This document shows positions 38,479 to 48,505 of a stretch of DNA of 64,000 nt, one piece after another. The notes under the pieces were generated by a model that worked only from the letters and a program-made list of their open reading frames with translations, searched no databases and was not told the origin of the DNA. This DNA is from Thermoplasmatota archaeon (GTDB lineage Archaea; Thermoplasmatota; Penumbrarchaeia; Penumbrarchaeales; Penumbrarchaeaceae). Every line of letters begins with the position of its first letter. The stretch's first letter is position 1. The stretch is from the NCBI GenBank assembly GCA_049472215.1, contig JBLIRH010000001.1, positions 43,308-107,307 on the forward strand. Direction: 5' to 3'. Both the position numbers and the translations under genes were made by a program.

Positions 38479-41400
38479 GGTCTCCTGATGTTAAGATCGA
38501 TAGGTTCGGGAGGGAAGCCTTTGCTTATTTGGCCATCTCAATTCTTGTTCTTACCACCTTCTATGTTTCATACGAAATATCACTGGAAAGGGGGTGGGAG
38601 AAGGGTCTCAGGGACAGGTCCCTCCTTCTCGATCTGAAGGGGGAGCTCAATGGTGTGAAGTGGGGGATCGGCCAGTATCTGATAGCACTGAACGACGAGT
38701 TCGTTATCAGAGCCGGGACGGAGGTTCTTCGGGACCCGATGGATAAGAGATTGGATGGTCGAGTGGAAAGTATGCTGATCGAACGCCTTAACCTCGAGCT
38801 GGCCGGGATCGCGAATTCTTTCCTTCCCCCGGATTCATCCTTTAACATCGAGATTCTGAACTGGACCGTCGATTCGATCCCCGTCACAGGGGATCTGGAG
38901 ATACCAGTCCCCGGTACCCGGATGGACCGGAACCTGTCCGGGCTGACCGAAACATGCATGGGAAGTGAGGTTTTCGGTGTCAATACCACATTCCATATCG
39001 AAATGGTCATGACGGACAGCGAAAGCTCATTGATCGTCATGGATGATCTCGAAATCAGTGTGAATAGAGTGTCCCTGTCGGAGTTCGTAACAGGAAGGAT
39101 CCAGAGGTTCCAGGATGCCGTCAACGGTATGGAGCTCGCCTCACTTTTGGAATACATGGTGGGATTGCTGGTCCAGACGAAATGCATGATGGGATTCGGC
39201 CGCGAACCGGGGACAGGAGAGATCGTCCCCATCTCAATTGTGACCGAGGCGGAGCTTCTTTCGGTCCTCGACCTGGCAATGGCCCTCCTTGCAAGGTCCC
39301 ATCTGATGGTTGATGACAGAGGTTTCATCGAGTCCATTGGAGAGGACCTATCCATGGCACCTGGTGGAAGTAAAAGGACGATCCTTCCGGAGTATATCGA
39401 GAGTTCCCAAACGGTCCTGGATCCGGGTGCATTGGTTCTCGGGGGGGAGGGCATATTCCATCAAGACAATCCACCGGACCTGCAGATGGTCCTGAGACCT
39501 TTTTTCCTGGCGATCGTCGATACGGTCGTGAACAAGCTCGTATCCTACCTGGGGGTCGATGATATGTTGATGGGAAGCGTTGGACGCCTCAAGACCATCT
39601 TCGACCTCGGAGCGGAAGCGGTTGATTCACTGTCCGAATCCATCCTCGGGATGGACCTGATCGATACAAGCAGGTCATCGGCAAAGGACATCTTCAGATC
39701 GATGCTCGAGAGGAGCTGCTATCTCGACCCGGAAGAGTACACCATAATGATCAGGAAGAATGAGGAAGTGATCTGGAACGGAAGCTCCATATCATCATAC
39801 CCGCTGGTTAGATTGCCTCAGATGGAGAGATCCTTCGAACTCGGTCTCTCGGATGGAGGGCCCGAGAACCAATTCTACCGTTCCCCTAATGGGACAGTAC
39901 ATTCCAAGGCGGAATATTTCGACCCGACGGAGGAATTCCTTGGCGTTCTTTGCACGATATACAGGATCAAGGCGAATTTTATTTTCGATGAGATCGAGCC
40001 CCCCTTCATTCCGAGGAACCTGCTTGAGGACGAGGAGTTCATCAATGCGCTAGCATACTTCCTGGGAACGGACGAGAGCGATACGGGATCAGGGTCCGAA
40101 AGCGAGTTCAGGGAGAAAGGCAGATACGCCGTCCGGAAGGTGACCGAGTCTTTCTTCAACGGGATCACTGGACCCTTCAACGAGATCTGGAAGAGCAGTT
40201 GGAAAGGTTGGACCGATGAGGACATTCCATCCTTTTCAGATGGGCTGCCCCCGCTTGGTTCCATGATGGACATCGGTTCATGGCCCATCAAGGAGCTGGC
40301 GGATTCCTTTGCCACTGCCCTGATCGATGAGTTCAGCGTCGTGGGCCTGTTCGAATCCCTGTGCGATGTGGAAGGGGAATATACCGAGCTGATAGCTGAT
40401 TGGATCTTCACGAACTATGACATTTGGACACACCGTGGTGACCAGATCGGGTACATACAAATGATCAGGAAGGACCTGATATTCGACCATACCGATGTTG
40501 AGATATTGGAGGTGACCCCCGTCGAGGAGAACGTTCTCGAAAACGATATATACCTCGAAACGGGAAAGAACGAGGTCTCCGTGATCAGCGAGCGTCCCGA
40601 GATCTCGAAATGGCTCGGGTTGGGACTGGCGGAGAAGCTTGAAATTGACGTTGAACTGGAATTCCACTGGTCATCCTTGATATCGGCATCATATCTTGAG
40701 GTCAGGGACAGGGAGTTCGGCACCGGGTCCGATGGAAGGGGGGAAGGATGGATAAGGAATGAGCTGAAGGGACAGGGAACCAGGGGTTTCGATCTTCTGT
40801 TCAGCTCGTATAACGGTGATCCGCTCAGTATATCCAATATGGTTGAGGGCCTCGTGAGCGAAGGTTTTGATTCGATAGGATGTTTCAACGATGCAAGCAC
40901 GCGTATCTCGGGTGGACGTTTCCTTCTACCTGCAACCGATCTCGGAGGCAGGATCGAGGTCCACGATTTGAACCCGGGGACCGGGTCGATCGATAACCTG
41001 ACCGCTGTTCTCGCGATCCAGAGGAATCCCTCCTCCCGGGCCACGATCGAACCTACGGATGGGACCTACAACACAGATATTTCCAACGCCTCTGCTCCCT
41101 ACAGGACGATCTATTCTGTTTATTTCTGGGGAGAATACACGGTTCGATTCTCTGTCTCATCGGGGGATAATGGAACTTCTTCCAATATCTCCAGGATATT
41201 GCCGGTATACACCCGGCTCTCATGCCAGGTGGCTTCTTATTGGCCGATGTTCGGGGCACAGTATGAAAAGGTTGGCAGGCTCATCGACCATCTGAAGGAC
41301 AAGGTGGTCGAGGCAAGGGATACGCTCAAAGGCGAACTTAACAGGATCGTAGAGGATGTCCTCGGAGACTCGATGTCCTCTCTCAGAGAGGTGCCCCCGA

Positions 41401-43109
41401 TAATCATCGATATCGTCAAGGGTAACGATCTGGATATTGCGGAGATAGCCAGGGTTGCATCCAACATTACCATGGACCTTTCATCCACCCTTAGGGAGAC
41501 GGTCAAAGGCATTGTGACAAAGATCGCAGGACTCGGTGTGAAAGGGATCCTGAACCTTACATGTGCCATACTGGGTATCGAAAAGATCGATCTTGAGCTT
41601 GATATCGGAACATTGAAGGTCGCTTTGCATACGGAAAGAAAAGCCCTTACGGGTGGGCCGGGAAGCCTTCTCAACATTACCTTCGACCTTAGCTCCATCG
41701 GGATGCATTGCTGCATGTCCTTCAACAGACTTGAGGACGGGAACTATGACTTCCACGGAACTGCGACGTTCGATGTCGGCCCGCTGTGGTTAAGGCTTGA
41801 AATGGACCCGTTCATGTTGAGAGCTCCGCATATGATATCGATCGAGGTAAGATATGATGCAGGAAATGGAAAGGTCCTCAGGGCTTCGCTTGAATGCCCT
41901 GCATTGGAGGAGTACCGTTCATGCCAGGTATCGCTTGGCGACACACTGGGTGTCGAACCTTTCATTCCGATACCGCCGCTCGGCATACAGGCCGTGATCG
42001 ATGCTGGATTCATGATGAGGTACCGGATGCCAGAGGAACTGGGGCCCCAATTGAATGAGATAAGGATCTCTGGAAGGAATATCACGGAGGTTGAGATTTT
42101 CAATCCGAGGGGATACCCGCTGTATGGTTCAACCCTTGAAATTGAAGGTCGAAAGGGGAGTTTGATCATATCCTGGAAATTGGACCCGGAGAACAGCAGG
42201 TTCATAATGGCAGGTATGAAAGTGTCGAACTTATGGAGATGTGATGGTCCCGTTCCCAGCAATGGCATGGTGAGGGTGGTCCTTCGATCCCCATCGGGTC
42301 TTATCCTGGACGATCTTGATGCAAACCTTTCCAAAAGCGGCTGGTTCTCGAGGGATGCGGATGGCTACGGTGTTTGGAGGTACGGCGAGGGGACGCCAGG
42401 GTCCCGGAACGGGGGTTCTTTGCCAACCGATATCAAGTCTCTATTGATCTCGATCGCTCTATCGGCGGTAAAGGAGGCATGGAAGTTATCCTACGAGGTA
42501 CACGGTCTCTCATTCGATATCATCGTTCCCTTTCTGGAAAAGGCCATCGACCTGTTCATGGAACGATTTCTATCGGTGGTCCGTGAGCTGGTGGTCGATG
42601 TGCGGATGTTCCTGTCCCTCGAGATCGAGGATGCTTCGGGAACAGCGGGTGGAGGATTGGAGCTCTCTTTCCTGGCAGATGGAGAGGCTGTCGCAGAGTT
42701 CCTCGGGTGGCTATACGAAAACATCAAGGTTTTCATATCCAATCTCGCGGACCCCCGGAGTGCAGGGGATTACAGGGCTTTCCCCATGGAGATCCTGGCA
42801 AGATGCTACATTGGCCTGGATCTGTTCATGGAGGTCGAGATGCCGGTTCCCATCGCGAAGATGGCCCCGAAGGGGGTCGATCTTCCCGATTCCTTCACCC
42901 TTGCTATCATGGGAAGGGTGAACCTTGCGCTCCCCTTGAAATTACTTGGAGTGGATGTGGGGGGAATTGCCATAGTTCTTGGTATCTACATCAAGGATGC
43001 ACCGGATGCTATAGTGTCCCTTTTCTACGATGTCGGGAACATCGGTCTGACCCAGGACTTCTATTTGTTGAGGGGGACCGTCTGGGAGGAATCCATCGAG
43101 GTGATATGA
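38475..43109 (+). CDS. Very large membrane-anchored protein with lamin-tail-like domain
   Basis: GTG 38475 after GGAGGTG, overlapping the previous stop; DRFG|REAFAYLAISILVL N-terminus; LNEI..EVEIFNP...SRDADG...GTPGSRN lamin-tail-like segment. Confidence 0.7.
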   Translation: MRSPDVKIDRFGREAFAYLAISILVLTTFYVSYEISLERGWEKGLRDRSLLLDLKGELNGVKWGIGQYLIALNDEFVIRAGTEVLRDPMDKRLDGRVESMLIERLNLELAGIANSFLPPDSSFNIEILNWTVDSIPVTGDLEIPVPGTRMDRNLSGLTETCMGSEVFGVNTTFHIEMVMTDSESSLIVMDDLEISVNRVSLSEFVTGRIQRFQDAVNGMELASLLEYMVGLLVQTKCMMGFGREPGTGEIVPISIVTEAELLSVLDLAMALLARSHLMVDDRGFIESIGEDLSMAPGGSKRTILPEYIESSQTVLDPGALVLGGEGIFHQDNPPDLQMVLRPFFLAIVDTVVNKLVSYLGVDDMLMGSVGRLKTIFDLGAEAVDSLSESILGMDLIDTSRSSAKDIFRSMLERSCYLDPEEYTIMIRKNEEVIWNGSSISSYPLVRLPQMERSFELGLSDGGPENQFYRSPNGTVHSKAEYFDPTEEFLGVLCTIYRIKANFIFDEIEPPFIPRNLLEDEEFINALAYFLGTDESDTGSGSESEFREKGRYAVRKVTESFFNGITGPFNEIWKSSWKGWTDEDIPSFSDGLPPLGSMMDIGSWPIKELADSFATALIDEFSVVGLFESLCDVEGEYTELIADWIFTNYDIWTHRGDQIGYIQMIRKDLIFDHTDVEILEVTPVEENVLENDIYLETGKNEVSVISERPEISKWLGLGLAEKLEIDVELEFHWSSLISASYLEVRDREFGTGSDGRGEGWIRNELKGQGTRGFDLLFSSYNGDPLSISNMVEGLVSEGFDSIGCFNDASTRISGGRFLLPATDLGGRIEVHDLNPGTGSIDNLTAVLAIQRNPSSRATIEPTDGTYNTDISNASAPYRTIYSVYFWGEYTVRFSVSSGDNGTSSNISRILPVYTRLSCQVASYWPMFGAQYEKVGRLIDHLKDKVVEARDTLKGELNRIVEDVLGDSMSSLREVPPIIIDIVKGNDLDIAEIARVASNITMDLSSTLRETVKGIVTKIAGLGVKGILNLTCAILGIEKIDLELDIGTLKVALHTERKALTGGPGSLLNITFDLSSIGMHCCMSFNRLEDGNYDFHGTATFDVGPLWLRLEMDPFMLRAPHMISIEVRYDAGNGKVLRASLECPALEEYRSCQVSLGDTLGVEPFIPIPPLGIQAVIDAGFMMRYRMPEELGPQLNEIRISGRNITEVEIFNPRGYPLYGSTLEIEGRKGSLIISWKLDPENSRFIMAGMKVSNLWRCDGPVPSNGMVRVVLRSPSGLILDDLDANLSKSGWFSRDADGYGVWRYGEGTPGSRNGGSLPTDIKSLLISIALSAVKEAWKLSYEVHGLSFDIIVPFLEKAIDLFMERFLSVVRELVVDVRMFLSLEIEDASGTAGGGLELSFLADGEAVAEFLGWLYENIKVFISNLADPRSAGDYRAFPMEILARCYIGLDLFMEVEMPVPIAKMAPKGVDLPDSFTLAIMGRVNLALPLKLLGVDVGGIAIVLGIYIKDAPDAIVSLFYDVGNIGLTQDFYLLRGTVWEESIEVI

Positions 43110-43117
43110 TCAGTAAA

Positions 43118-43135
43118 GTTATAATATGTTATAAC
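43118..43135. promoter_or_regulatory. Inverted-repeat operator upstream of vapBC
   Basis: GTTATAA-TATG-TTATAAC, 15 nt before the antitoxin start. Confidence 0.6.
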
Positions 43136-43150
43136 AACTTATGCGATACC

Positions 43151-43372
43151 ATGTCTCAGGTATTCAAGGCAAAGGTCAGGAAGATCGGCAATTCATATGG
43201 TATTCTCATACCGGCAGAGATAATCCAGGAACTCCATGTTGGATCAGGGGATGAATTGATGATCTCAGTCGCCACCATAGATCTTGAAGAAAGGAATAGA
43301 TTACTTGTCAAGATGGCGGGACTTTACAAAGGCACAGGACCATTCGAAAGGGAGAAGGAGGATCGCTACTGA
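43151..43372 (+). CDS. vapB: AbrB/MazE-family antitoxin (VapB)
   Basis: KVRKIGNSYGILIPAEIIQELHV..GDEL; true start ATG 43151. Confidence 0.88.
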   Translation: MSQVFKAKVRKIGNSYGILIPAEIIQELHVGSGDELMISVATIDLEERNRLLVKMAGLYKGTGPFEREKEDRY

Positions 43373-43767
43373 TGTTCATTGACACATCCATTCTCATCGA
43401 TATTATTTCACATAAAAGAGATTCATCGACCTTTCAAAGAATTCTTGACATAGTGAAGGACCAGCCAATGTACATTTCATTGATCCAATTAGGTGAATAC
43501 TCAGATTGGTGCTACAAGAATGGCAAGGACCCAAATGAACATCTTCGGAAGATCAAGGACATTGCAAATGTTGTAACCATTACTGAAGAGATATGCTTGG
43601 AAGGATCTCGAATAAAGGACCAACAAAGAAAAATCGGATCAAAGAAATTCTCCCTTGTGGACGGTATCATCACTGCGACTGCAAGGTCGATAAATTCTCC
43701 GATCTTAACAAAGGATAATGATTTTAAAACTCTCGAGGATGCTATTGTATTCGATAATTTCAAGTAA
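43372..43767 (+). CDS. vapC: PIN-domain toxin (VapC)
   Basis: MFIDTS, E, SLVDGII.ATA, ILTKDNDF; TGATG coupling to the antitoxin. Confidence 0.9.
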   Translation: MFIDTSILIDIISHKRDSSTFQRILDIVKDQPMYISLIQLGEYSDWCYKNGKDPNEHLRKIKDIANVVTITEEICLEGSRIKDQQRKIGSKKFSLVDGIITATARSINSPILTKDNDFKTLEDAIVFDNFK

Positions 43768-43788
43768 GAAGGTTCCAGTCTCCGAGCA

Positions 43789-44853
43789 ATGGACCTTAAT
43801 GACCTTGGATGGGGCCCGGAACTCGAAAAAACTTACAACCAGCTTGGGCTCGATGGGGCTGAAGGGATCTCGGTCGGGAGGATATCCTTCTTTGACGGGA
43901 CCCATTACACCATCATCACCGAGAGCGGTGATGTTCGGGGAAGGTCATCTTCCAAGGTTCTTGGGGAGGGGGCCCCTGCCGTGGGTGATTGGGTTGTTGT
44001 AAAACTCTCCGAGACCGGTAACATAATTATCAAGGTCCTTCCGAGGAGCAGCTGTATCTCAAGAAAGGTGCCCGGTAAGGAGGTCCAGGAACAGGTCATA
44101 GCTGCCAACGTTGACCTCCTCTTCATCGTGATGGGGGCCGACAGCGACTTCAATCTCCGAAGACTGGAAAGATACCTTGCCATGGCATTTGCTTCCGGTT
44201 CCCGGCCCGTTGTTCTTCTGAACAAGATCGATTCGATCGAGGACCTGGAAGAGAAACTCGAACTCATCAATAACATCGCGGATGATGTCCCCGTGCATCC
44301 TATTAGTGCTCTCAAGGGGGAGGGATTGGAGGTTCTGGACAAATACCTTGATACAGGGATTACAGCAGCCTTGGTGGGATCATCAGGTGTCGGGAAATCC
44401 ACTCTCATAAACAGGCTACTCAGGGAAGAAAGGCAGAAGACGGGAGATGTGAGGAAGATCGGAGGGAAGGGCAGGCATGTCACCACTTCGAGAGAACTGA
44501 TAGTCCTACCAAAAGGTGGGATCCTTATCGACAATCCTGGGCTCCGGGAGCTGCAGCTCTGGGGGGACGAGAACATGCTTGAGGAAGCCTTCAAGGACAT
44601 TTCCGATCTCTCGAAAGGCTGTCGTTTCAGAGACTGCCAGCACCTTTCAGAGCCTGACTGCGAGGTGAAGAGGGCAGTGGAAGACGGGACACTGGATCGG
44701 TCTCGTTATGAGAACTATCTCAAGATGAGAAAGGAGCTCCATCATCTCTCGGTCAAGATGGACAAGGGAGCCCAGGCACAGGAAAGGGCGAGATGGAGGG
44801 GCCTGCTGAAGGACGTCAAGCATTATTATCGGTACAAGAGGGAAGGGAAATGA
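43789..44853 (+). CDS. rsgA: Ribosome small subunit-dependent GTPase A
   Basis: PAVGDWV, AANVD, NKID, GSSGVGKST, GRHVTT, DNPG, CRFRDCQHLSEPDC. Confidence 0.93.
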   Translation: MDLNDLGWGPELEKTYNQLGLDGAEGISVGRISFFDGTHYTIITESGDVRGRSSSKVLGEGAPAVGDWVVVKLSETGNIIIKVLPRSSCISRKVPGKEVQEQVIAANVDLLFIVMGADSDFNLRRLERYLAMAFASGSRPVVLLNKIDSIEDLEEKLELINNIADDVPVHPISALKGEGLEVLDKYLDTGITAALVGSSGVGKSTLINRLLREERQKTGDVRKIGGKGRHVTTSRELIVLPKGGILIDNPGLRELQLWGDENMLEEAFKDISDLSKGCRFRDCQHLSEPDCEVKRAVEDGTLDRSRYENYLKMRKELHHLSVKMDKGAQAQERARWRGLLKDVKHYYRYKREGK

Positions 44854-45072
44854 TGTCCAGGTCCTTGGGGAAATGGATAATGAAATCTTCAATTCGAAAA
44901 TGAATTATGAAAAATCAATAAGATCGGCAGCACCCCCTCGATATATATTAATGAAATGGAAACCGATAAATCAGGTATAAATCAAGTGCATTTCAATTGT
45001 TAAAGGGATAAATTATTTAATTCTAATAATCTATATTCATTTGCATTCCACCTGTGACCCGGAGGTGTATTA

Positions 45073-45633
45073 ATGGACGAGAAAATGTACAAAATAAAGA
45101 TTAAAGAAGAAGATATGGTCGTTGAGTTAGCGGGTGACAAGAAATTCGTTAAAAAGGCGTTCAACGAGATAAAGAAGATACTCAACAAGGACCTCAAAAC
45201 TCCCAGAAGCATTGCCGACAAGAAGACCAAGAAGAGACGAAAGAAACCAGGTCGGAAGAAGAAGCCGGGCCCGAAACCAAAGAAGAAGGTCAAGCCGAAG
45301 AAGATACCAAAGAAGGACCGGGTCGACATGCGCTCCATGAAGCTCGAGGAGATCTTCAAATTGAAGGCCCCCAAGAGAGAGAACCAGAGGGTGATGCTTC
45401 TTGCATACTTCATGAACAAGGTCGAGGGCAAGAGGGAATTCAGGGCGATGGACCTTCCACCTCTCTACAAGAAGCTCAAGCTCAAGGTACCAAAGAACCT
45501 CAGCTATTTCCTGAGGAAGATGTCAGAGGACGAGAAGGCCCTCCTTACCCATGGGAAGAAGCAGGGCAGGTACAAGATCACCGACAAAGGGATCGATTTC
45601 ATTTACAATGTGATCCCCGATGCGAAGAAGTAG
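45073..45633 (+). CDS. Highly basic Lys-rich protein with putative C-terminal winged helix
   Basis: About one quarter Lys; central KKPGRKKKPGPKPKKKVKPKK tract; GRYKITDKG wing; GGAGGTG RBS. Confidence 0.75.
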   Translation: MDEKMYKIKIKEEDMVVELAGDKKFVKKAFNEIKKILNKDLKTPRSIADKKTKKRRKKPGRKKKPGPKPKKKVKPKKIPKKDRVDMRSMKLEEIFKLKAPKRENQRVMLLAYFMNKVEGKREFRAMDLPPLYKKLKLKVPKNLSYFLRKMSEDEKALLTHGKKQGRYKITDKGIDFIYNVIPDAKK

Positions 45634-45675
45634 AGAAAAGAACATTATAGAGATGTTCTGATCTGTTCATGACGA

Positions 45676-45718
45676 ACCTTGGTGGGTCATCATGGCCCAC
45701 CAAGGTGATCTATTTTTC
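45676..45718 (+). terminator. Hairpin terminator
   Basis: ACCTTGGTGGG...CCCACCAAGGT 11-bp stem followed by TATTTTT. Confidence 0.65.
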
Positions 45719-45886
45719 ATGCGATGATCCAAGGGACAAGATCGATTCATAGCCGATCGGATAGAACTTTGAGTTTCAGATCTTGAAATGGTCAAGAGTA
45801 TTTTCTTCCGCAAAATGCAGGTTTCAGACCGCGAAAAAAAAGACCGCTTGCCCCCTAATATACGTGAAATCCTTTTATATCCACAG

Positions 45887-46225
45887 ATGAATGTGAACCT
45901 TGTGTCAGAGATTTCCCGATTGGAACTGGCTAAGGCTTTTTCTAAAGAAGCTAAAAAGAGATACGGGGCTCGGATTGATGAGATAATTCTTTACGGCTCC
46001 GTCGCCAGGGGAGAGGATGGGAAGGATTCTGACATCGATCTTCTGGTGATCACCAGGGAGCGGATACCACATATTCAGAGAGATATCTCCGGGATGGCAT
46101 TTGACTCCGGTTTCGAGACCCATGAGAAACTTTCCGCTCAGGCCTATTCCAGACCCTATATCGAAGAACACAAGGAACTCACATTCTTCCAAAATATCAT
46201 GGAAGAAGGGATGCGGATTGGATAA
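45887..46225 (+). CDS. Minimal nucleotidyltransferase (MNT) antitoxin
   Basis: IILYGSVARG...DSDIDLLV; likely start ATG 45887 after a TTTATAT box. Confidence 0.88.
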   Translation: MNVNLVSEISRLELAKAFSKEAKKRYGARIDEIILYGSVARGEDGKDSDIDLLVITRERIPHIQRDISGMAFDSGFETHEKLSAQAYSRPYIEEHKELTFFQNIMEEGMRIG

Positions 46226-46601
46226 AGTCGAAATATTCATGGAAACGGCCTACGAGAGATTGGAATCAGCTGAGATCTTACTTAAAAATGGTTTTTACAA
46301 AGATTCTGTGAATAGATCATATTTTGCCATGGTCAGTGCTGCTCAAGCAGCATTGACCATACGGAAAATCGAAGCCAAGACACACAGAGGACTGCATTCC
46401 CAATTCCATAATGAATTTCTAAGGACCCATATTCTGGAACGGGATTTTGGGAGAATGTTCGATGTGACGGAGGAGATGAGGATCAAGTTCGATTATAATC
46501 CCGAACCGGAAGCTTCAGAAGAACTAGCGGAAGATTCACTTCACCAAGCAGAAAAATTCGTTGAGGAGATAAGAAGACACATCGAGAAGGTCAGATCTTG
46601 A
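46218..46601 (+). CDS. HEPN-domain protein (MNT partner)
   Basis: A.ERLESAEILL...SVNRSYFAM..AA.A...KTHRG...R..FDY; TTG start overlapping the MNT gene. Confidence 0.88.
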   Translation: MDKVEIFMETAYERLESAEILLKNGFYKDSVNRSYFAMVSAAQAALTIRKIEAKTHRGLHSQFHNEFLRTHILERDFGRMFDVTEEMRIKFDYNPEPEASEELAEDSLHQAEKFVEEIRRHIEKVRS

Positions 46602-47361
46602 AATGCTCCAGAGCCTCTTCCTCCGCGAAATGAAGATTTCCCGGAACGATCAAGCAATGAGGGGGCGCCCCCATTTCCATATTCTTCAGCTCCCCAAGGG
46701 TCCCATAGATCACCTTCCAATCCTTCCTCCCCGCCCTTAACACAGCCACGACCTTGGTCCTATCTTTGATCTCCCCACCCCCCCGCTTGCCCTCCATCTT
46801 CAGCAGGATATCGCACCCTTCAGCAGCTGTCATGTACCTGTCATTATGGGACTGGATGTCGAGGAGGACAAGGGTGTGGAGCCCTCTTTCCATGTTCTCC
46901 GTGATGAAATCGAGAGGAGAAGTTGGGAAATAATCCCCTTCCGGAAAGGCAAGTGTGGTGGTCCTGCCGAACTTGTAATGCTGGAGACCTGCAAGGCCAG
47001 CCGCGGCGTTGAAGATGGATGCAGAGTGTATTATCTCTACATCGATCCCCATTTTGATCGCATCGAACCTGAGCTCCTGGTGAGTTGTCGCGGTCAAGGG
47101 GTCCCCGGCCGTCAGGATGCATACATGATCGTTCTCCTGCAAGGCTCCGATCACTACCTCTTCCTCCTCGACCTGTTCCCGGTCGAGGACAACGATCTTC
47201 TTCCCAACGAGCTCCTCCAGACGATCGAGCGAACCTTCCTCGAGAATGGATGTGAAGAACTCGGCAAAGATGATATCCGCATCCCTCATCCTGTCGAGAC
47301 CCTGAATTGACAATGACCTCTCGTTGGATATACCGAGGCCGATCATGGAAAGCCGTTTCAT
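46591..47361 (-). CDS. dph5: Diphthine synthase
   Basis: IGLG, GDPLTATTH, GLQHYKFGRTTT, GLHTLVLLDI, PPHCLIVPG.LHFAE. Confidence 0.95.
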   Translation of the reverse strand: MKRLSMIGLGISNERSLSIQGLDRMRDADIIFAEFFTSILEEGSLDRLEELVGKKIVVLDREQVEEEEVVIGALQENDHVCILTAGDPLTATTHQELRFDAIKMGIDVEIIHSASIFNAAAGLAGLQHYKFGRTTTLAFPEGDYFPTSPLDFITENMERGLHTLVLLDIQSHNDRYMTAAEGCDILLKMEGKRGGGEIKDRTKVVAVLRAGRKDWKVIYGTLGELKNMEMGAPPHCLIVPGNLHFAEEEALEHFKI

Positions 47362-47386
47362 ACGGGCCCCTACATACTGAGAAATA

Positions 47387-48502
47387 TTAAATTATGTTCA
47401 TCTCCGAAAGCTTCTCCGGGAGATACGTGTCCGTGACGAAGTCCAGACCGTATTTGGCTAATGCTTGTTGCTCGGATTTTTTCTTCAATTTGAGCTGCAG
47501 CTTGATCTCTTCTTTCCATTTGGTCGAGGAGAACCTTGGGTCTGTCAGCTCGGACTTCAAAGCGTTGACATCATTATCCGATAGGCTGTCGCTCGGAAGG
47601 TCGTAGTTCACGATATCCGATGGGGTTATTCCAAGATACTGTGCAGCGGGGGTCGCCAGGTATTCCGAAATATGAGCGGTCTTGATCGCTCCGTAGGCTA
47701 CCGATGCGAAGATCCGGTAGGACCATGGATCACCATCGGTGAATAGGACCACGGGAAGTTTGGAAAACTCATGCAGCCGTTTTATAAAACGCCTAGTCGA
47801 CCTTGCTGGCTGACCTTTCAGATGGACAAGTACCGCCTTATGACTATCGTCGAACCCGTTCTCGACCAGTCTATCGAACATACCGCCTGTCTCTACTGCG
47901 ACGATCATCTTGGCGTTGATGCCCCTGAACTTGATCTTCTCCTCCTCCACATTGTAGGGTATCCCGTATCCCGAATCCCCGACATCGTCCTTGCAGTTGA
48001 TCTTCTTGATCTCGCCCTTCCTGTTCTTCTCCTGGATGGTGACGTCTCCTATGACCCTTGCACCGTCCTCCTCAGGTCTCAGCTTGAAATCCTCCCTGAG
48101 TGAGGTTGTGATGATCTCCAGGTCCTCTGCGAGCCTGTTGGATTCATCCTGGGTCGGGAACTTCGCCTTCTCCCATCCCTCCGAGATGTAGTACATCTCC
48201 CTCAGTGTGGAGGACTTTCCGTCCCCTATCATCTCACCTATGAAATCGATCGTATACAGGGTTCTGAGTATACTGGTGGCACCGCCAAGGTCCTTGGCGG
48301 ACCTCCTCACGACATCATCCCCGTACTTCCACACCTTGTGGTGTTTCGAGAGGACGATGTTGGATTTTGTCCTCGATGACACCTCCAGGTGGGGAATATC
48401 GCCTCCCTTGATCTGGTCGTATATGAACTCCGCTATCTTCAGAAGGCGGTCCCTTGCCAGTTTATTCCCTTTAGTAACCTCGATCTTAGACACTGGGATC
48501 AC
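47387..48502 (-). CDS. top6A: DNA topoisomerase VI subunit A
   Basis: [37 protein letters not shown]. Confidence 0.96.
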   Translation of the reverse strand: MIPVSKIEVTKGNKLARDRLLKIAEFIYDQIKGGDIPHLEVSSRTKSNIVLSKHHKVWKYGDDVVRRSAKDLGGATSILRTLYTIDFIGEMIGDGKSSTLREMYYISEGWEKAKFPTQDESNRLAEDLEIITTSLREDFKLRPEEDGARVIGDVTIQEKNRKGEIKKINCKDDVGDSGYGIPYNVEEEKIKFRGINAKMIVAVETGGMFDRLVENGFDDSHKAVLVHLKGQPARSTRRFIKRLHEFSKLPVVLFTDGDPWSYRIFASVAYGAIKTAHISEYLATPAAQYLGITPSDIVNYDLPSDSLSDNDVNALKSELTDPRFSSTKWKEEIKLQLKLKKKSEQQALAKYGLDFVTDTYLPEKLSEMNII

Positions 48503-48505
48503 CTC

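Noticed and set aside
42707..43150. Upstream part of the 221-aa ORF
   Set aside because: Out-of-frame overlap with the giant gene; the real antitoxin starts at 43151.
46101..46225. Possible frameshifted MNT-HEPN fusion
   Set aside because: Explained by two overlapping genes with a TTG start at 46218, the usual arrangement.
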